Positions 1-9,502 of a DNA stretch of 64,000 nt are shown piece after piece. The stretch's first letter is position 1. Each line of letters begins with the position of its first letter. A program made the translations under genes and the position numbers. The DNA is from Acidimicrobiales bacterium (lineage in GTDB: Bacteria > Actinomycetota > Acidimicrobiia > Acidimicrobiales > Aldehydirespiratoraceae): positions 2,425,442-2,489,441 of the forward strand of contig OY730440.1 of NCBI GenBank assembly GCA_963422655.1, read 5' to 3'. The notes under the pieces were generated by a model, which saw nothing but the letters and a program-made list of their open reading frames with translations, searched no databases and was not told the DNA's origin.

Positions 1-365
1 ACTGAGGGCTGGCTCATGGGAAGGGAGCGCAGCCGCTCGATCAGGCCTTTCTGCATGTCTTCGGCTATCCCGAACCCGGTGAAGCTGGAGCCGAAGAGCA
101 CGGTCTGAGCGAAGACTCCCGGCAGCAGATACTGCTGGTAGTTGTCGAAACCTTCGACAGCAATCGAGCCGCCGAACACGTAGACGAACAGCAATACGAA
201 CATCACCGGTTGGATGGTGGCGACGATCATCAGGTCGGTGGTGCGGGGCACGATGCGCAGGTGGCGTCCGGCCTCGGTCCAGGTGTCTCTCAGCAACCAG
301 ATCGATCCTCGGGGTGCTTCCCATTTCTGTGACACCGACCCGAGGCCCGCTTCGGTGACGGTCAC
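1..365 (-). CDS. ABC-2 type transporter permease (partial; C-terminal part lies beyond the window edge)
   Basis: Not in the ORF track because it runs off the edge. Manual minus-strand translation from GTG at 365-363 gives VTVTEAGLGSVSQKWEAPRGSIWLLRDTWTEAGRHLRIVPRTTDLMIVATIQPVMFVLLFVYVFGGSIAVEGFDNYQQYLLPGVFAQTVLFGSSFTGFGIAEDMQKGLIERLRSLPMSQPS, typical of a DrrB-like membrane subunit. The GTG overlaps the ATPase stop (GTGA). Confidence 0.75.
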   Translation of the reverse strand, partial: MTVTEAGLGSVSQKWEAPRGSIWLLRDTWTEAGRHLRIVPRTTDLMIVATIQPVMFVLLFVYVFGGSIAVEGFDNYQQYLLPGVFAQTVLFGSSFTGFGIAEDMQKGLIERLRSLPMSQPS

Positions 366-1354
366 GGCCGAGCCGCTTCGTGGTTCGACCCATTCAAGTT
401 GTTCGACCCATTCGAGTCGGTGGCTCGATGACCGGTGAGGTTGAGGAAAACATCGTCGAGGGTTGGTCGTCTCATGGCCACGTCGTCGAGGACGATGCCA
501 GCTTGATCCATGGCTCTCACCACTTCGGGAACCAGCCGAGCGCCGTCGGTTACGGGCAGGGTGACGGTGCGGCCGTGGTGGCGAACCTGGCAACCTTGGG
601 CGCACAGCGGCGCCAAGGCGTCGACCGCGGCCGAAACGTCGGTCAAGTCGTGCAGCTCCATCTCGATCCGGCTGGCTCCCATGCGCTGCTTGAGCTCGTC
701 GGGAGTGCCCTCGGCCAGTACGGAGCCCCGGTCCATCACCGCGATGCGATCGGCCAAGCGGTCGGCTTCCTCGAGATACTGAGTGGTCAGCAAAGTGGTG
801 GTTCCCTCTCGAACGAGCCCGGCGATGAGATCCCACATGTCCAGCCGGCTACGGGGATCGAGCCCGGTGGTGGGTTCGTCCAAGAACAGCACCGACGGTC
901 GGGCCACCAGGCTCATGGCTATGTCGAGTCGCCGTCGCATCCCACCCGAGTAGCCCTTGACGGCCCGGTCGGCGGCCTGGGTCAGGTCGAACTGTTCCAA
1001 CAGCTCGTCGGCTCGGCGGCGGGCCACCTCGGACCCGAGGTGGTTGAGGCGACCTACGTAGTTGACGTTCTCTCTACCGGTCAGCCGCTCGTCCACTGCT
1101 GCGTCCTGGCCGGTAAGCCCGATGCGGCCTCGGACTCGGTGCGGTTCGGCTACGACGTCGATCCCGTCGACGAAAGCCTGGCCCGAGTCGGGTCGCAGCA
1201 GCGTTGTCAAGATGCGCACCGCGGTGGTCTTGCCAGCCCCGTTGGGTCCGAGCAGGCCCAGCACCGTGGCTTCGTCGACAGCGAGGTCGAGGCCACACAA
1301 CGCTTCGGTTTTTCCGAACTGCTTGGTCAACCCGACTGTCTCTACCGCGACCAT
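362..1354 (-). CDS. ABC transporter ATP-binding protein (DrrA/ABC-2 subfamily)
   Basis: Walker A GPNGAGKTT, signature YSGGMRRRL, Walker B LFLDEPTTGLD. Confidence 0.95.
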   Translation of the reverse strand: MVAVETVGLTKQFGKTEALCGLDLAVDEATVLGLLGPNGAGKTTAVRILTTLLRPDSGQAFVDGIDVVAEPHRVRGRIGLTGQDAAVDERLTGRENVNYVGRLNHLGSEVARRRADELLEQFDLTQAADRAVKGYSGGMRRRLDIAMSLVARPSVLFLDEPTTGLDPRSRLDMWDLIAGLVREGTTTLLTTQYLEEADRLADRIAVMDRGSVLAEGTPDELKQRMGASRIEMELHDLTDVSAAVDALAPLCAQGCQVRHHGRTVTLPVTDGARLVPEVVRAMDQAGIVLDDVAMRRPTLDDVFLNLTGHRATDSNGSNNLNGSNHEAARP

Positions 1355-1451
1355 TGCCTCACGTTACCGGTGGCGGTGCGGATATAGCTATCGGGCAGCT
1401 CGGGTGACCGCCGCGGGTGACTTCTCGGAGCCGGTCCGGTTCGTTGGCGGG

Positions 1452-2375
1452 TCAAACGGCGTCGAGGATCTCAGCGCCGCGCCGAATGTGGTCGGCGCTG
1501 GTGGCTTCGTCGTTCATGGGCAGCATGAACAGGTCGTAACAGGTCCGATGGGCGCTCAGGGCCGACGCGATCTCTTCGGGGGTGCCCGCTACCCCGTAGA
1601 GGTCGACCATGGCTTCGGGAAGCAGGGCCGCGGCCTCGTCGAGACGGCCTTGGAGCATCAGGGCTCGTACCTCGGTGGCGGTGGTGTCGTCGAGACCGAA
1701 AGCAACCCGAATGTCGGGTGGTGCATCTACGGCCATGTAGGAGAAATGGCGCAGCACCCGTTTCCGCTCCAGCGCGTCGTAGGCGAGATAGGCCGACCAG
1801 GCGATCCGGGCCGACCCCCGGGACCGTATCTCGGCTGTCACCGCGGGCAGGTCGGCTAGGGGCTTGGCTGACAGGATGACCCAGTCGGCCCGAGTAGCGG
1901 CCAGATGTTGGACCCGTGGTCCTCGACCGGCCACCGCCACCGGCACCCGGCCCTCGAACCACCCCAGGGTGGCCCCGTTCACTGTCTCACCGGCCAGCAG
2001 GCGGCGGTTGTGATCCAGCGTCTCTTGCAGGGCCGTGAAGGGTTTGGAGGTGTCGACCCCGAGGGGTTCGAGCACCCGGCTGCCGCCCACCCCCAACCCA
2101 TGCACGACCCGACCCGGGGCCAGCTCGGCCAAGGTGGCGATAGCAGCTGCGGTGGCGACCGGATGGCGGCTGAACGGGTTGGTGATGGCCGGTCCGACGG
2201 TGAGGTCGGTGGCTTCGACGATGGCGGTCAGGGCTACGTACACGTCGCGCTCGGTGCCTTCATCGGCTACGAAACAGGTGGTTGCCCCCAGCGACTGGGC
2301 CAGTCGAGCCAGCTCCACCAGCCGGCGCACGGGCTGGGTGGGCTCGAACCACACCCCCCATTCAACTCCACTCAT
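1452..2375 (-). CDS. LLM-class (luciferase-like) flavin/F420-dependent oxidoreductase
   Basis: 307 aa. Segments TVGPAITNPFSRHP and GLGVGG resemble methylene-H4MPT reductase-like LLM proteins. Confidence 0.8.
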   Translation of the reverse strand: MSGVEWGVWFEPTQPVRRLVELARLAQSLGATTCFVADEGTERDVYVALTAIVEATDLTVGPAITNPFSRHPVATAAAIATLAELAPGRVVHGLGVGGSRVLEPLGVDTSKPFTALQETLDHNRRLLAGETVNGATLGWFEGRVPVAVAGRGPRVQHLAATRADWVILSAKPLADLPAVTAEIRSRGSARIAWSAYLAYDALERKRVLRHFSYMAVDAPPDIRVAFGLDDTTATEVRALMLQGRLDEAAALLPEAMVDLYGVAGTPEEIASALSAHRTCYDLFMLPMNDEATSADHIRRGAEILDAV

Positions 2376-2406
2376 GGTTCAGTGATTCCACTCATGGTTC
2401 AGCGAT
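2367..2406. repeat. Tandem duplication, 2 x 20 bp (19/20 identical): tccactcatggttcagtgat / tccactcatggttcagcgat
   Basis: Read directly. Each copy carries tcat (ATGA on the minus strand). Copy 1 supplies the LLM start at 2375 and copy 2 supplies the creatininase stop at 2392. Confidence 0.9.
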
Positions 2407-3195
2407 CGGAGCCGGGGCGGGGTCGGTGCGCCCGAAGTCGAAGCCGGCGATCTCGGCCACCTGCTCGCCGAGCAGGGCGATGGCAGTCTCGAAGAGGTGC
2501 TTGCCTTCGGTGGCGCTGGCGCCGGTGGGGTCGCCGATATGACCGTCCGGGCCGAAGTCGTTCGATAGCCATCCGAAAGAGGCCGAGCCCCCGAACCGCA
2601 AGTGCCGGTTGGCGGCGAGACGGCTGGGCACGGCCCGTCCGGCCCGGTCGAGATGAACGAGGTGGGGGCGCAGATGCATGAACACCGATGTCTCCTGGTG
2701 GCCTCCGTGGATTCCCATACCTTCCTCGGCTGTTGGCGATGCGCCGCCTTGGTCGGGGGGCACGAACGGGTGGATCAAGAAGGTCATCAGGCCGTGCCGG
2801 AGCCTGATCTCCCGGCAGGCCACGTTGAGCAGGGCCGAGTTGCCGCCGTGACCGTTGAGGAACACCAAGCGGCGGGCCCGGGTGGCGGCGACGGATCCGG
2901 CTATGTCGTCGAGCACGGCCAGCAGGGTGGTGGCCGACAGCCATAGCGTCCCCGACGACCAGGCGTGCTCGTTCGATTTCGACACCGCCAGCGTGGGTAG
3001 GAGCCACAGATCGTGGCTGTCGCCGTGCTCGGCGACGAGGCTGGCTGCGGCTTCGTGAGCGATCACATGATCGACCGACAGCGGCAGGTGGGGCCCGTGC
3101 TGTTCTACGGCCCCGACCGGTTGGATGATCACCGCTGATTCGGTGATTCGCTCACCGACCTCCGGCCCGCTGAGATCTTCGAGACGCCTGCTCAT
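2392..3195 (-). CDS. Creatininase-family amidohydrolase
   Basis: 267 aa. Motifs VEQHGPHLPL, FLNGHGGN and GIHGGHQET are typical of the creatininase/ArfB/MftE family. Confidence 0.8.
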   Translation of the reverse strand: MSRRLEDLSGPEVGERITESAVIIQPVGAVEQHGPHLPLSVDHVIAHEAAASLVAEHGDSHDLWLLPTLAVSKSNEHAWSSGTLWLSATTLLAVLDDIAGSVAATRARRLVFLNGHGGNSALLNVACREIRLRHGLMTFLIHPFVPPDQGGASPTAEEGMGIHGGHQETSVFMHLRPHLVHLDRAGRAVPSRLAANRHLRFGGSASFGWLSNDFGPDGHIGDPTGASATEGKHLFETAIALLGEQVAEIAGFDFGRTDPAPAPIAEP

Positions 3196-3208
3196 GGATC
3201 GACCCCGC

Positions 3209-3775
3209 TCAGAACGGGCTCAGGCCCATCCGGTTGCGTATCGATACCAGCTCGCCCAGATGGTTGAAGCCGTGGCCCACCGCCGTCCATTTCAGGAACC
3301 AGGCCGTGGTCTGGCCTTCCCACATGGCATAGAGCCAGCCGAACCGATCCTCGGGGGTGTCGACGGCCTGAAGGGCTGGGCTCACTGCCGGAATCTGGTC
3401 CAGGTCCGGCAGCCCGGTCTCCTCCAGCCAGGATGCGGTGGTCTCGATGACGTCGAGGGTGTAGCCGCCAACCGCTTCGGGGTCCAAGATGTCGAGCAGC
3501 TCGGTGTCTTCGGCCTCGGCCAGCCCTCGCCACAAGTCCTCGTCGGTACCGATGTGGTCGGTCCACCGCTCGACCACGGCTCCGGTGTCCCGGAGAACGC
3601 CGTTGACGGCTATGTCGTGGTGGCGGGCCAGGTGCCAGAGGATGTAGGTGGGAGCGATCCCACCCCCGTCGATTCGTTCATGACGACGCTCAGCGGGCAT
3701 CATGCCCAGCACTCCCCGGTCGATCTTGGCCCGCAACGACCGGAGATCGTCGACTATCCACGCCCTCAGATCCAT
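3209..3775 (-). CDS. DinB-family (four-helix bundle, metal-dependent) protein
   Basis: 188 aa. His-containing helices ILWHLARHHD and GHGFNHLGE fit the DinB_2-like pattern. Confidence 0.6.
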   Translation of the reverse strand: MDLRAWIVDDLRSLRAKIDRGVLGMMPAERRHERIDGGGIAPTYILWHLARHHDIAVNGVLRDTGAVVERWTDHIGTDEDLWRGLAEAEDTELLDILDPEAVGGYTLDVIETTASWLEETGLPDLDQIPAVSPALQAVDTPEDRFGWLYAMWEGQTTAWFLKWTAVGHGFNHLGELVSIRNRMGLSPF

Positions 3776-3881
3776 GGCCCCATCGTAAGCGGTCGGGCCG
3801 GTCGCCCATCGCGGTCAGCACGCGGGCATCGTTGGTTGTGGAGGCTCGGCTGTCATTCTGCGCCGCGATGCGTCAATCGGT

Positions 3882-6404
3882 ATGATGGATAATGTGCTGG
3901 TTCTAGGGCTGGTAGTTGCGTTGTGGTTCGGGTCGGCGGAGGCTTCGCCTTTTGAGCTCGCTGGTGCCAGTGCGGCTCAGGCCAAGGCGAGCGATGTTGT
4001 CGGGTCGGCTGGTGATGTGGTTGATCCTTCGTCGGGTGGTTCGGCGAATTTTGTGGTGGAGTCCTATGCGCGGGATTATTCGGTGTCTTATGGGGAGGCT
4101 TTGCGGCGTTTGGGTCGGATTACGGTGTTGCAGGCTGTGATGGCGTCGATTCGTGAGGTTGAGGGTTCGCGGTTGGCTGGTTGGGGTATTGAGCATGGCA
4201 GCGACTTCGGGGCGTGGGTTTGGTTGGCTGGTGATGAACCGCCGAGCGATGAGGCGGTTCGGATCGCGGCTTCGCATGTTGATGTGGAGGTTCGTGGTGG
4301 CGCGAGTTACTCGCTTGAGGAGCTGAGAGCGGCGGAGCGGCGCCTTGTTACTGGTTCGTTGGAGGACCTGGTTGGGTCGGGTACTTCTTTGGAAGTGGCG
4401 TTCACTGAGATCGATTTTGATGCTAACGGTATCGAGGCTGGCGTCGATCTTGTGGATTTACCTGGCCGGGTTGGACGGAGTACTGATGCGGTGGGCGAGG
4501 AGGTATCTGATTCGGAGTTCGAGACGGAGTTGGATCGGTTATCGGCGGTGTTGGAGGACGTTGTTGGTGTGCCCGTGGCAGTCTCGGATGCTCGGGGATT
4601 TGGGCCTACTGCAACAATCTTGGGCGGAGGTCGGTTGACGGCTTGCACTTCGGGGTTCACGGCTAAGTTGGTGGGTGGCGATTACGGGATTCTGACGGCA
4701 GGTCATTGTTCTAACTCGGATAAGTACCGCCGCAATTATCGGCCTTTCGGTGTTGATGTCAGCCTTCCGTACGTGAAGGGTTGGTCTGGGAAGAGAGCGG
4801 ATGCCCAGTTTCATCGGGTCCCATCGGGGAACTCCAACTTGTTGTCGGATGACTACAAGTGCGGTAAGGAGGCTGAAGAAGTTTGTGATGTGACTGGCGT
4901 GATGGATCGATCCGACATGTTAGGTGATTATGTATGTCATACTGGCAGGGTCAGTGGAGTCTCGTGTGGTAAGATCACGAACAACAGAGCTCGGCATTTT
5001 CGATGCTATACCGCACAGCGGTCAAAATCAGTGGCTAAAAGAGTGGCTTGCGATCCGGTCTTCGTTACTTGGTCGGGGCCGACCCTCAAGGTCTGTGGCG
5101 GTGACAGCGGCTCTCCAGTATACAACTATGAAGGTGTCGCGTATGGGATGCTCAGGGGTTCGAATAGTAACCCGTATGCTTCGAGGTGTTCTACAGGTGG
5201 TAAACTGAAGCTCAATTTTTCTGTGATCCGCGAGATAGAGGCTTTCCTGGGGGTAGAAGTACTGACGGAGGATCCTTCTCCGCCGAGTGCTCCTCAGGGA
5301 GTTGAGGTGGATGTTGCAGAGATGGTGAGGTTGTCCTGGGCTCCGCCACCTGAAGGAGCCGTTGAGTATCGTGTGTTCCGCCGCAACAAATCGATCGGTG
5401 AGTCCTTTGCCCTGGCTGGCAGCACTTCCACTGCAAGTTATGATCATCCAGTTTCAGAGTTGCTTCCAGGGATGGATTACGAGTATCGGGCCAAGGCAAT
5501 CAACAATCTGGATATGCTAGGACCGAATAGCGAAGTAGCGACCGTATCGATACCGGGAGCAGCTCACCTTAGAGCACAGCCTGGCACCGACGGGGTATCG
5601 GTTTCATGGTCGAAGCCGTCCGGTGATGTTGGTGGCTATGAGGTGTACCGACGGGCCGCGGTTGCAGGCCAGGCATACCACAAGATAGGCGACGTGACCT
5701 CGGCTTCGTTTGTCGACCCGTTGTCGGGGTTGACGCCCGGCGTGGAGTACTACTACCGGGTGAAAGCGGTCAGCAGTGCTGGTGTGGTTGGCGGTTGGGG
5801 ATCGGGTTCGAATTATGCACCGGCGGTTGTTCCAGCCGCTGGGGGTTTGAAAGTCACTGTGTATTCTAATAGTGTCACAGTCTCATGGGAGAAACCGGTT
5901 GGAGATGTGGCTAGCTTTAAAGTGTACCGTCGTGTAGCTAAGCCGGGTGAAGCCTATAGGGAGATCGGAGAGCGTAAGGTCCCGTATTTTTGGGAACCGT
6001 TATCAGGGTTGACGCCCGGCGTTGAATACTACTACCGGATAAGAGCGGTCAGCAATACTGGTGTAGTTGGCGGTTGGGGATCGGGTTCGAATTATGCGCC
6101 GGTGGTTGTTCCGGCTGCTGGGGGTTTGAAAGTCACTGTGTATTCTAATGGTTTCACAGTTTCATGGGAGAAACCGGTTGGAGATGTGGCTAGCTTTAAG
6201 GTGTACCGTCGTGTAGCTAAGCCGGGTGAAGCCTATAGGGAGATCGGAGAGCGTAAGGTTCCGTATTTTTGGGACCCGTTGTCGGGGTTGACGCCCGGCG
6301 TGGAGTATTACTACCGAGTGAAAGCGGTTGGTAGTAGTGGTGTGGTTGGCGGTTGGGGTCCCGGACCTAACTATGCACGCGCAGTTGTTCCCAAAGCTGG
6401 TTAA
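3882..6404 (+). CDS. Secreted S1-family (alpha-lytic/streptogrisin-type) serine protease with N-terminal pro-region and four C-terminal fibronectin type III domains
   Basis: Signal-like N-terminus VLVLGLVVALWFGSAEA. His motif LTAGHC, Asp in KRADAQF, Ser motif CGGDSGSPV (about nt 4614-5260). Four ~93-aa FN3 units have YRV/YYYRVKAV signatures. Codon usage is visibly T/G-ending, unlike the neighbours. Confidence 0.9.
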   Translation: MMDNVLVLGLVVALWFGSAEASPFELAGASAAQAKASDVVGSAGDVVDPSSGGSANFVVESYARDYSVSYGEALRRLGRITVLQAVMASIREVEGSRLAGWGIEHGSDFGAWVWLAGDEPPSDEAVRIAASHVDVEVRGGASYSLEELRAAERRLVTGSLEDLVGSGTSLEVAFTEIDFDANGIEAGVDLVDLPGRVGRSTDAVGEEVSDSEFETELDRLSAVLEDVVGVPVAVSDARGFGPTATILGGGRLTACTSGFTAKLVGGDYGILTAGHCSNSDKYRRNYRPFGVDVSLPYVKGWSGKRADAQFHRVPSGNSNLLSDDYKCGKEAEEVCDVTGVMDRSDMLGDYVCHTGRVSGVSCGKITNNRARHFRCYTAQRSKSVAKRVACDPVFVTWSGPTLKVCGGDSGSPVYNYEGVAYGMLRGSNSNPYASRCSTGGKLKLNFSVIREIEAFLGVEVLTEDPSPPSAPQGVEVDVAEMVRLSWAPPPEGAVEYRVFRRNKSIGESFALAGSTSTASYDHPVSELLPGMDYEYRAKAINNLDMLGPNSEVATVSIPGAAHLRAQPGTDGVSVSWSKPSGDVGGYEVYRRAAVAGQAYHKIGDVTSASFVDPLSGLTPGVEYYYRVKAVSSAGVVGGWGSGSNYAPAVVPAAGGLKVTVYSNSVTVSWEKPVGDVASFKVYRRVAKPGEAYREIGERKVPYFWEPLSGLTPGVEYYYRIRAVSNTGVVGGWGSGSNYAPVVVPAAGGLKVTVYSNGFTVSWEKPVGDVASFKVYRRVAKPGEAYREIGERKVPYFWDPLSGLTPGVEYYYRVKAVGSSGVVGGWGPGPNYARAVVPKAG
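5838..6395 (+). repeat. Two near-identical 279-bp tandem units encoding FN3 domains 3 and 4
   Basis: Unit starts at 5838 and 6117 (gctgggggtttgaaagtcactgtg). A more diverged copy lies upstream at about 5560-5837. Confidence 0.9.
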
Positions 6405-6414
6405 GGACCGGATT

Positions 6415-6477
6415 GTGCTGACTCTGGCGCTGATAGTTTCGTTGTGGTTCGGGGTCGGTCGAAGCTCCTGCGGCTAG
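6415..6477 (+). pseudogene. Remnant of a second protease-like 5-prime end (20-codon signal-peptide fragment)
   Basis: GTG..TAG encodes VLTLALIVSLWFGVGRSSCG. DNA and peptide resemble the protease start at 3891-3950 (VLVLGLVVALWFGSAEAS), sharing cgttgtggttcggg. Confidence 0.4.
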
Positions 6478-6528
6478 GACGGGCGGCGTTGGTGTCGGTT
6501 CTTGTCCTCGGTGCGTTGACTTGAATAA

Positions 6529-6999
6529 CTACCCGTGGGCGGCGACGACGGCGATCTCCAGCTTCCAAGCCGGCTGAGCCAAAGCTGACACCACCACCAA
6601 GGTGGACGCGGCCCGGTGTCCGGCCAGAAACCGATCCCGTTCGGCTATCACAATTCGAAGATTTGCCGGGCTGTCGTACTCGGCGACCACATATGTGGTC
6701 GCCGACACGATGTCGCCCGATCCCATGGCGGCTTCGGCGAGCATGGCTGAGATGTTGGCCCACACCGTTGCGGCTTGGGCGTCGATGGTGTCGGGCACTG
6801 AACCGTCGGGACGGGTGGGCACCACCCCGGAGGTGTACAGCCACCTCGACGGGCGCTCGACCAGCATCGCATGGGCGTAGCGAGCCGCCGGCGGAGCGAT
6901 AGTGGCAGGGTCGATCCGGGACAGGGTGATGAGACGATCGTAGACTCCGAGCTCTATGACGCAACGGATGGCCCTGTACTTCCAGGACAAGCACGACAT
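6529..6999 (-). CDS. RidA/YjgF/Endoribonuclease L-PSP family protein (start uncertain)
   Basis: [41 protein letters not shown] matches the RidA fold pattern. The only in-frame starts upstream of the conserved beta-1 are ATG 6999, TTG 6990 and CTG 6924. Confidence 0.7.
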   Translation of the reverse strand: MSCLSWKYRAIRCVIELGVYDRLITLSRIDPATIAPPAARYAHAMLVERPSRWLYTSGVVPTRPDGSVPDTIDAQAATVWANISAMLAEAAMGSGDIVSATTYVVAEYDSPANLRIVIAERDRFLAGHRAASTLVVVSALAQPAWKLEIAVVAAHG

Positions 7000-7981
7000 C
7001 GGCTACGAGATCGAGATGGCCAAGTACGCCGAGGAGAAAGGTTTCAGCGAGATCTGGCAGGCCGACACCCGGCTGGCCCGGGACTGTGTGGTGATGATGA
7101 GCGCGCTGCTCGCCGAAACCAGCCGGATCCGCATAGGCAGCGGCGTACTGCCCGTCTACACCCGCAACCCGGCCGTGATCGCAGCCACTTGGAGCACCAT
7201 GTGGGAGCTGGGCGGGCTCACCCCCACCGGTGAGAGCCGGGTGATGCTCGGTCTCGGAGCTTGGTGGGAGCCCATCGCCAGCCGGGTCGGGGCGCCACGG
7301 CGCCGGCCGCTGGTGGCCATGCGCGAGAACGTGGAAGCCATAAGGGCACTGTTCACCATGCAGGAGGTCAGCTACGAGGGCGAGTTCGTCCACCTCGACC
7401 GGGTCCGGCTCGATGTTGCCTACGGTGACAGCACACCTAGGGCCATCCCTGTCTACATCGGCGCCACCGGCCCAAAGATGCTGGAGCTGACCGGGGAGAT
7501 AGCCGACGGCGTTGTGCTCAACTACGTGGTACCGACCGCATATATAAGAAACGCCGTGGCTCAGGTTTCCGCCGGTGCGGTACGCGCCGGGAGGGACCCG
7601 GCCAGTATCGACCGGCCCGAGCTGCTGGTGTGCTCGCTGTGCGATGACGACCCTGACGAGGCCATAGCCACGGGCAAGTCGCTGGTGGCCTACTACCTAG
7701 GCACCGAACCTCACCTCATGGAGGCCTCCGGTGCCGATCCCGATCTCGTCGAACGGGTGAAACAAGTGGTGGGCTGGCCCGCGACCGAAGCCGACTACCG
7801 CAGAGCCGCCCCCCTCATCAGCGACGGTTTCGTCAGAGACCTCATGGCGGTGGGAACCTCGGCGCAGTGCCGAGACAAAGTGGCCGAGTACATAGACGTC
7901 GGCGTCACCTGCCCCATCCTGTACCCGATCATGGACGACATGAAGCCGGTGATCGACGCCTTCGCGGCCTGGACTCCATGA
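6956..7981 (+). CDS. LLM-class flavin/F420-dependent oxidoreductase
   Basis: 341 aa. [38 protein letters not shown]. Alternative start ATG 6968. Confidence 0.85.
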   Translation: MTQRMALYFQDKHDIGYEIEMAKYAEEKGFSEIWQADTRLARDCVVMMSALLAETSRIRIGSGVLPVYTRNPAVIAATWSTMWELGGLTPTGESRVMLGLGAWWEPIASRVGAPRRRPLVAMRENVEAIRALFTMQEVSYEGEFVHLDRVRLDVAYGDSTPRAIPVYIGATGPKMLELTGEIADGVVLNYVVPTAYIRNAVAQVSAGAVRAGRDPASIDRPELLVCSLCDDDPDEAIATGKSLVAYYLGTEPHLMEASGADPDLVERVKQVVGWPATEADYRRAAPLISDGFVRDLMAVGTSAQCRDKVAEYIDVGVTCPILYPIMDDMKPVIDAFAAWTP

Positions 7982-7987
7982 CCACAG

Positions 7988-8044
7988 CCGTAAGTGAGTT
8001 GCTTGACCGTGAGTGAATTGCTTGACCGTGAGTGAGTTGCTTGG
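7988..8044. repeat. Tandem repeat, 3 x 19 bp (ccgtRagtgaRttgcttgR)
   Basis: Read directly. It begins 7 bp after the LLM stop at 7981. Confidence 0.9.
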
Positions 8045-8083
8045 AGCCGTGGGGAATGGCTGCGGGCCAAACGGCGTGGGTGC

Positions 8084-9502
8084 ATGGCAGCGGGCTACAC
8101 GGGTCGTGGTGTGGGCTCGGTGACGAGAACCCACCGGCCCTCGCTGTTGATCCACGGAGGGGTTGTCGTCACGGTTGACGATCATGGCGCCGTGCATGAC
8201 CCGGGCTGGGTGTACGTGAACGGCAACCGAATCGTCGAGGTCGGTTCCGGGACGCCTCCCCAAGCCCGCTGTCGCCAGGCCGGGGCCGTCATCGACGCGG
8301 CCGGGGCCGCGGTCATGCCGGGCATGGTCAACGCTCATACTCACCTGTTCCAGGGTTTCTTTCGGGGTCTGGCCGACGACAAGACTCTGCTGGACTGGCT
8401 GCGGGACTGTATCTGGCCGGCTGCGACTCATCTAGACGGCACCACCATCTACTTGGCTGCTCTGGCTGGGTTGATCGAAAATCTCCGGAGCGGGGCTACC
8501 ACGGTTATCGATCATCAATACGTCCATGTCGACGCCAACCTCGACGACGCGGTGTGCCGGGCCGCCGACGAGCTCGGTGTGCGGTTCGTGCTGGCTCACG
8601 GGTGGGCCGACCGCAACTACCACCCGCCACTGATGGAAACCGCCGATATCGCCATCGAGCGGGCCCGCACCGTCCGTGACCGCTGGGACGGCCACCACGA
8701 CGACCGTATGCGGGTGGAGCTGGCCCCGCTCATCGCGTGGGGCTGTTCGGACGAGGCCATGCGAGCCACGGTGGCCGAGGCCCGGAGCTGGGGTCGGGGC
8801 ACGCACATCCATTGCGCCGAGACAGCGGTGGAGGTGGAGATGAGCTTGAACGAGCGGGGGATGCGCCACGTCGAATGGCTGGAGTCGTTGGGGGTGCTCG
8901 GCCCCGACGTTCAGCTCGCTCACAGCGTGTGGCTCGACGACGGCGAGCTCGATCTCATCGCCTCGTCGGGTTCGGTGGTGGTTCATTGCCCGGTGTCGAA
9001 CATGTACCTGGCCTCGGGGGTGGCCCCCGTCGTCGAGATGAAACGGCGGGGCATCACCGTGGCGCTGGCCAGCGACGGGCCGGGGAGCAACAACCGCCAA
9101 GACATGTTCGAGGTTCTCAAGGCCACGGCGCTGCTCCAGAAAGTACATCACCTCGATGCGGTGGTGCTTCAACCCGAGGAGGTATTGCATATGGCCTGCC
9201 GGGGCGGGGCGGCTGCTTTCGGTCTGCGGGATGCCTTCGGTGCCATTGCCGCAGGACAACGAGCCGACCTGGTAGTGGTGGACCTGCGGTCGCCGTTCGT
9301 GATGCCGGTTCACCGGGTGCCCAGTGCCCTGGTGTACAACGCCACCCCCCGTGACGTCCTCGACGTGATCGTCGATGGTCGGGTTCTCATCCGCGACCGT
9401 GAGCTGGTCGGAATCGACGAGCAGGCCGTGCTGGCCCGCGCTGGCGTCGCGGCCCGGGCTCTGTTCGAACGAGCCGGAATTGCTACCCGCCTCCGTAGTT
9501 GA
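8084..9502 (+). CDS. Amidohydrolase-family deaminase/chlorohydrolase (MTA/SAH deaminase or guanine deaminase-like)
   Basis: MPGMVNAHTHLFQ metal-binding HxH motif, later HCAE and SDGPGSNN motifs. Alternative start GTG 8120. Confidence 0.85.
   Translation: MAAGYTGRGVGSVTRTHRPSLLIHGGVVVTVDDHGAVHDPGWVYVNGNRIVEVGSGTPPQARCRQAGAVIDAAGAAVMPGMVNAHTHLFQGFFRGLADDKTLLDWLRDCIWPAATHLDGTTIYLAALAGLIENLRSGATTVIDHQYVHVDANLDDAVCRAADELGVRFVLAHGWADRNYHPPLMETADIAIERARTVRDRWDGHHDDRMRVELAPLIAWGCSDEAMRATVAEARSWGRGTHIHCAETAVEVEMSLNERGMRHVEWLESLGVLGPDVQLAHSVWLDDGELDLIASSGSVVVHCPVSNMYLASGVAPVVEMKRRGITVALASDGPGSNNRQDMFEVLKATALLQKVHHLDAVVLQPEEVLHMACRGGAAAFGLRDAFGAIAAGQRADLVVVDLRSPFVMPVHRVPSALVYNATPRDVLDVIVDGRVLIRDRELVGIDEQAVLARAGVAARALFERAGIATRLRS

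Noticed and set aside
6401-7393. 330-aa minus-strand ORF spanning the RidA/LLM region
   Set aside because: It overlaps two motif-supported genes in other frames and has a low-complexity Arg/Pro/His-rich translation.
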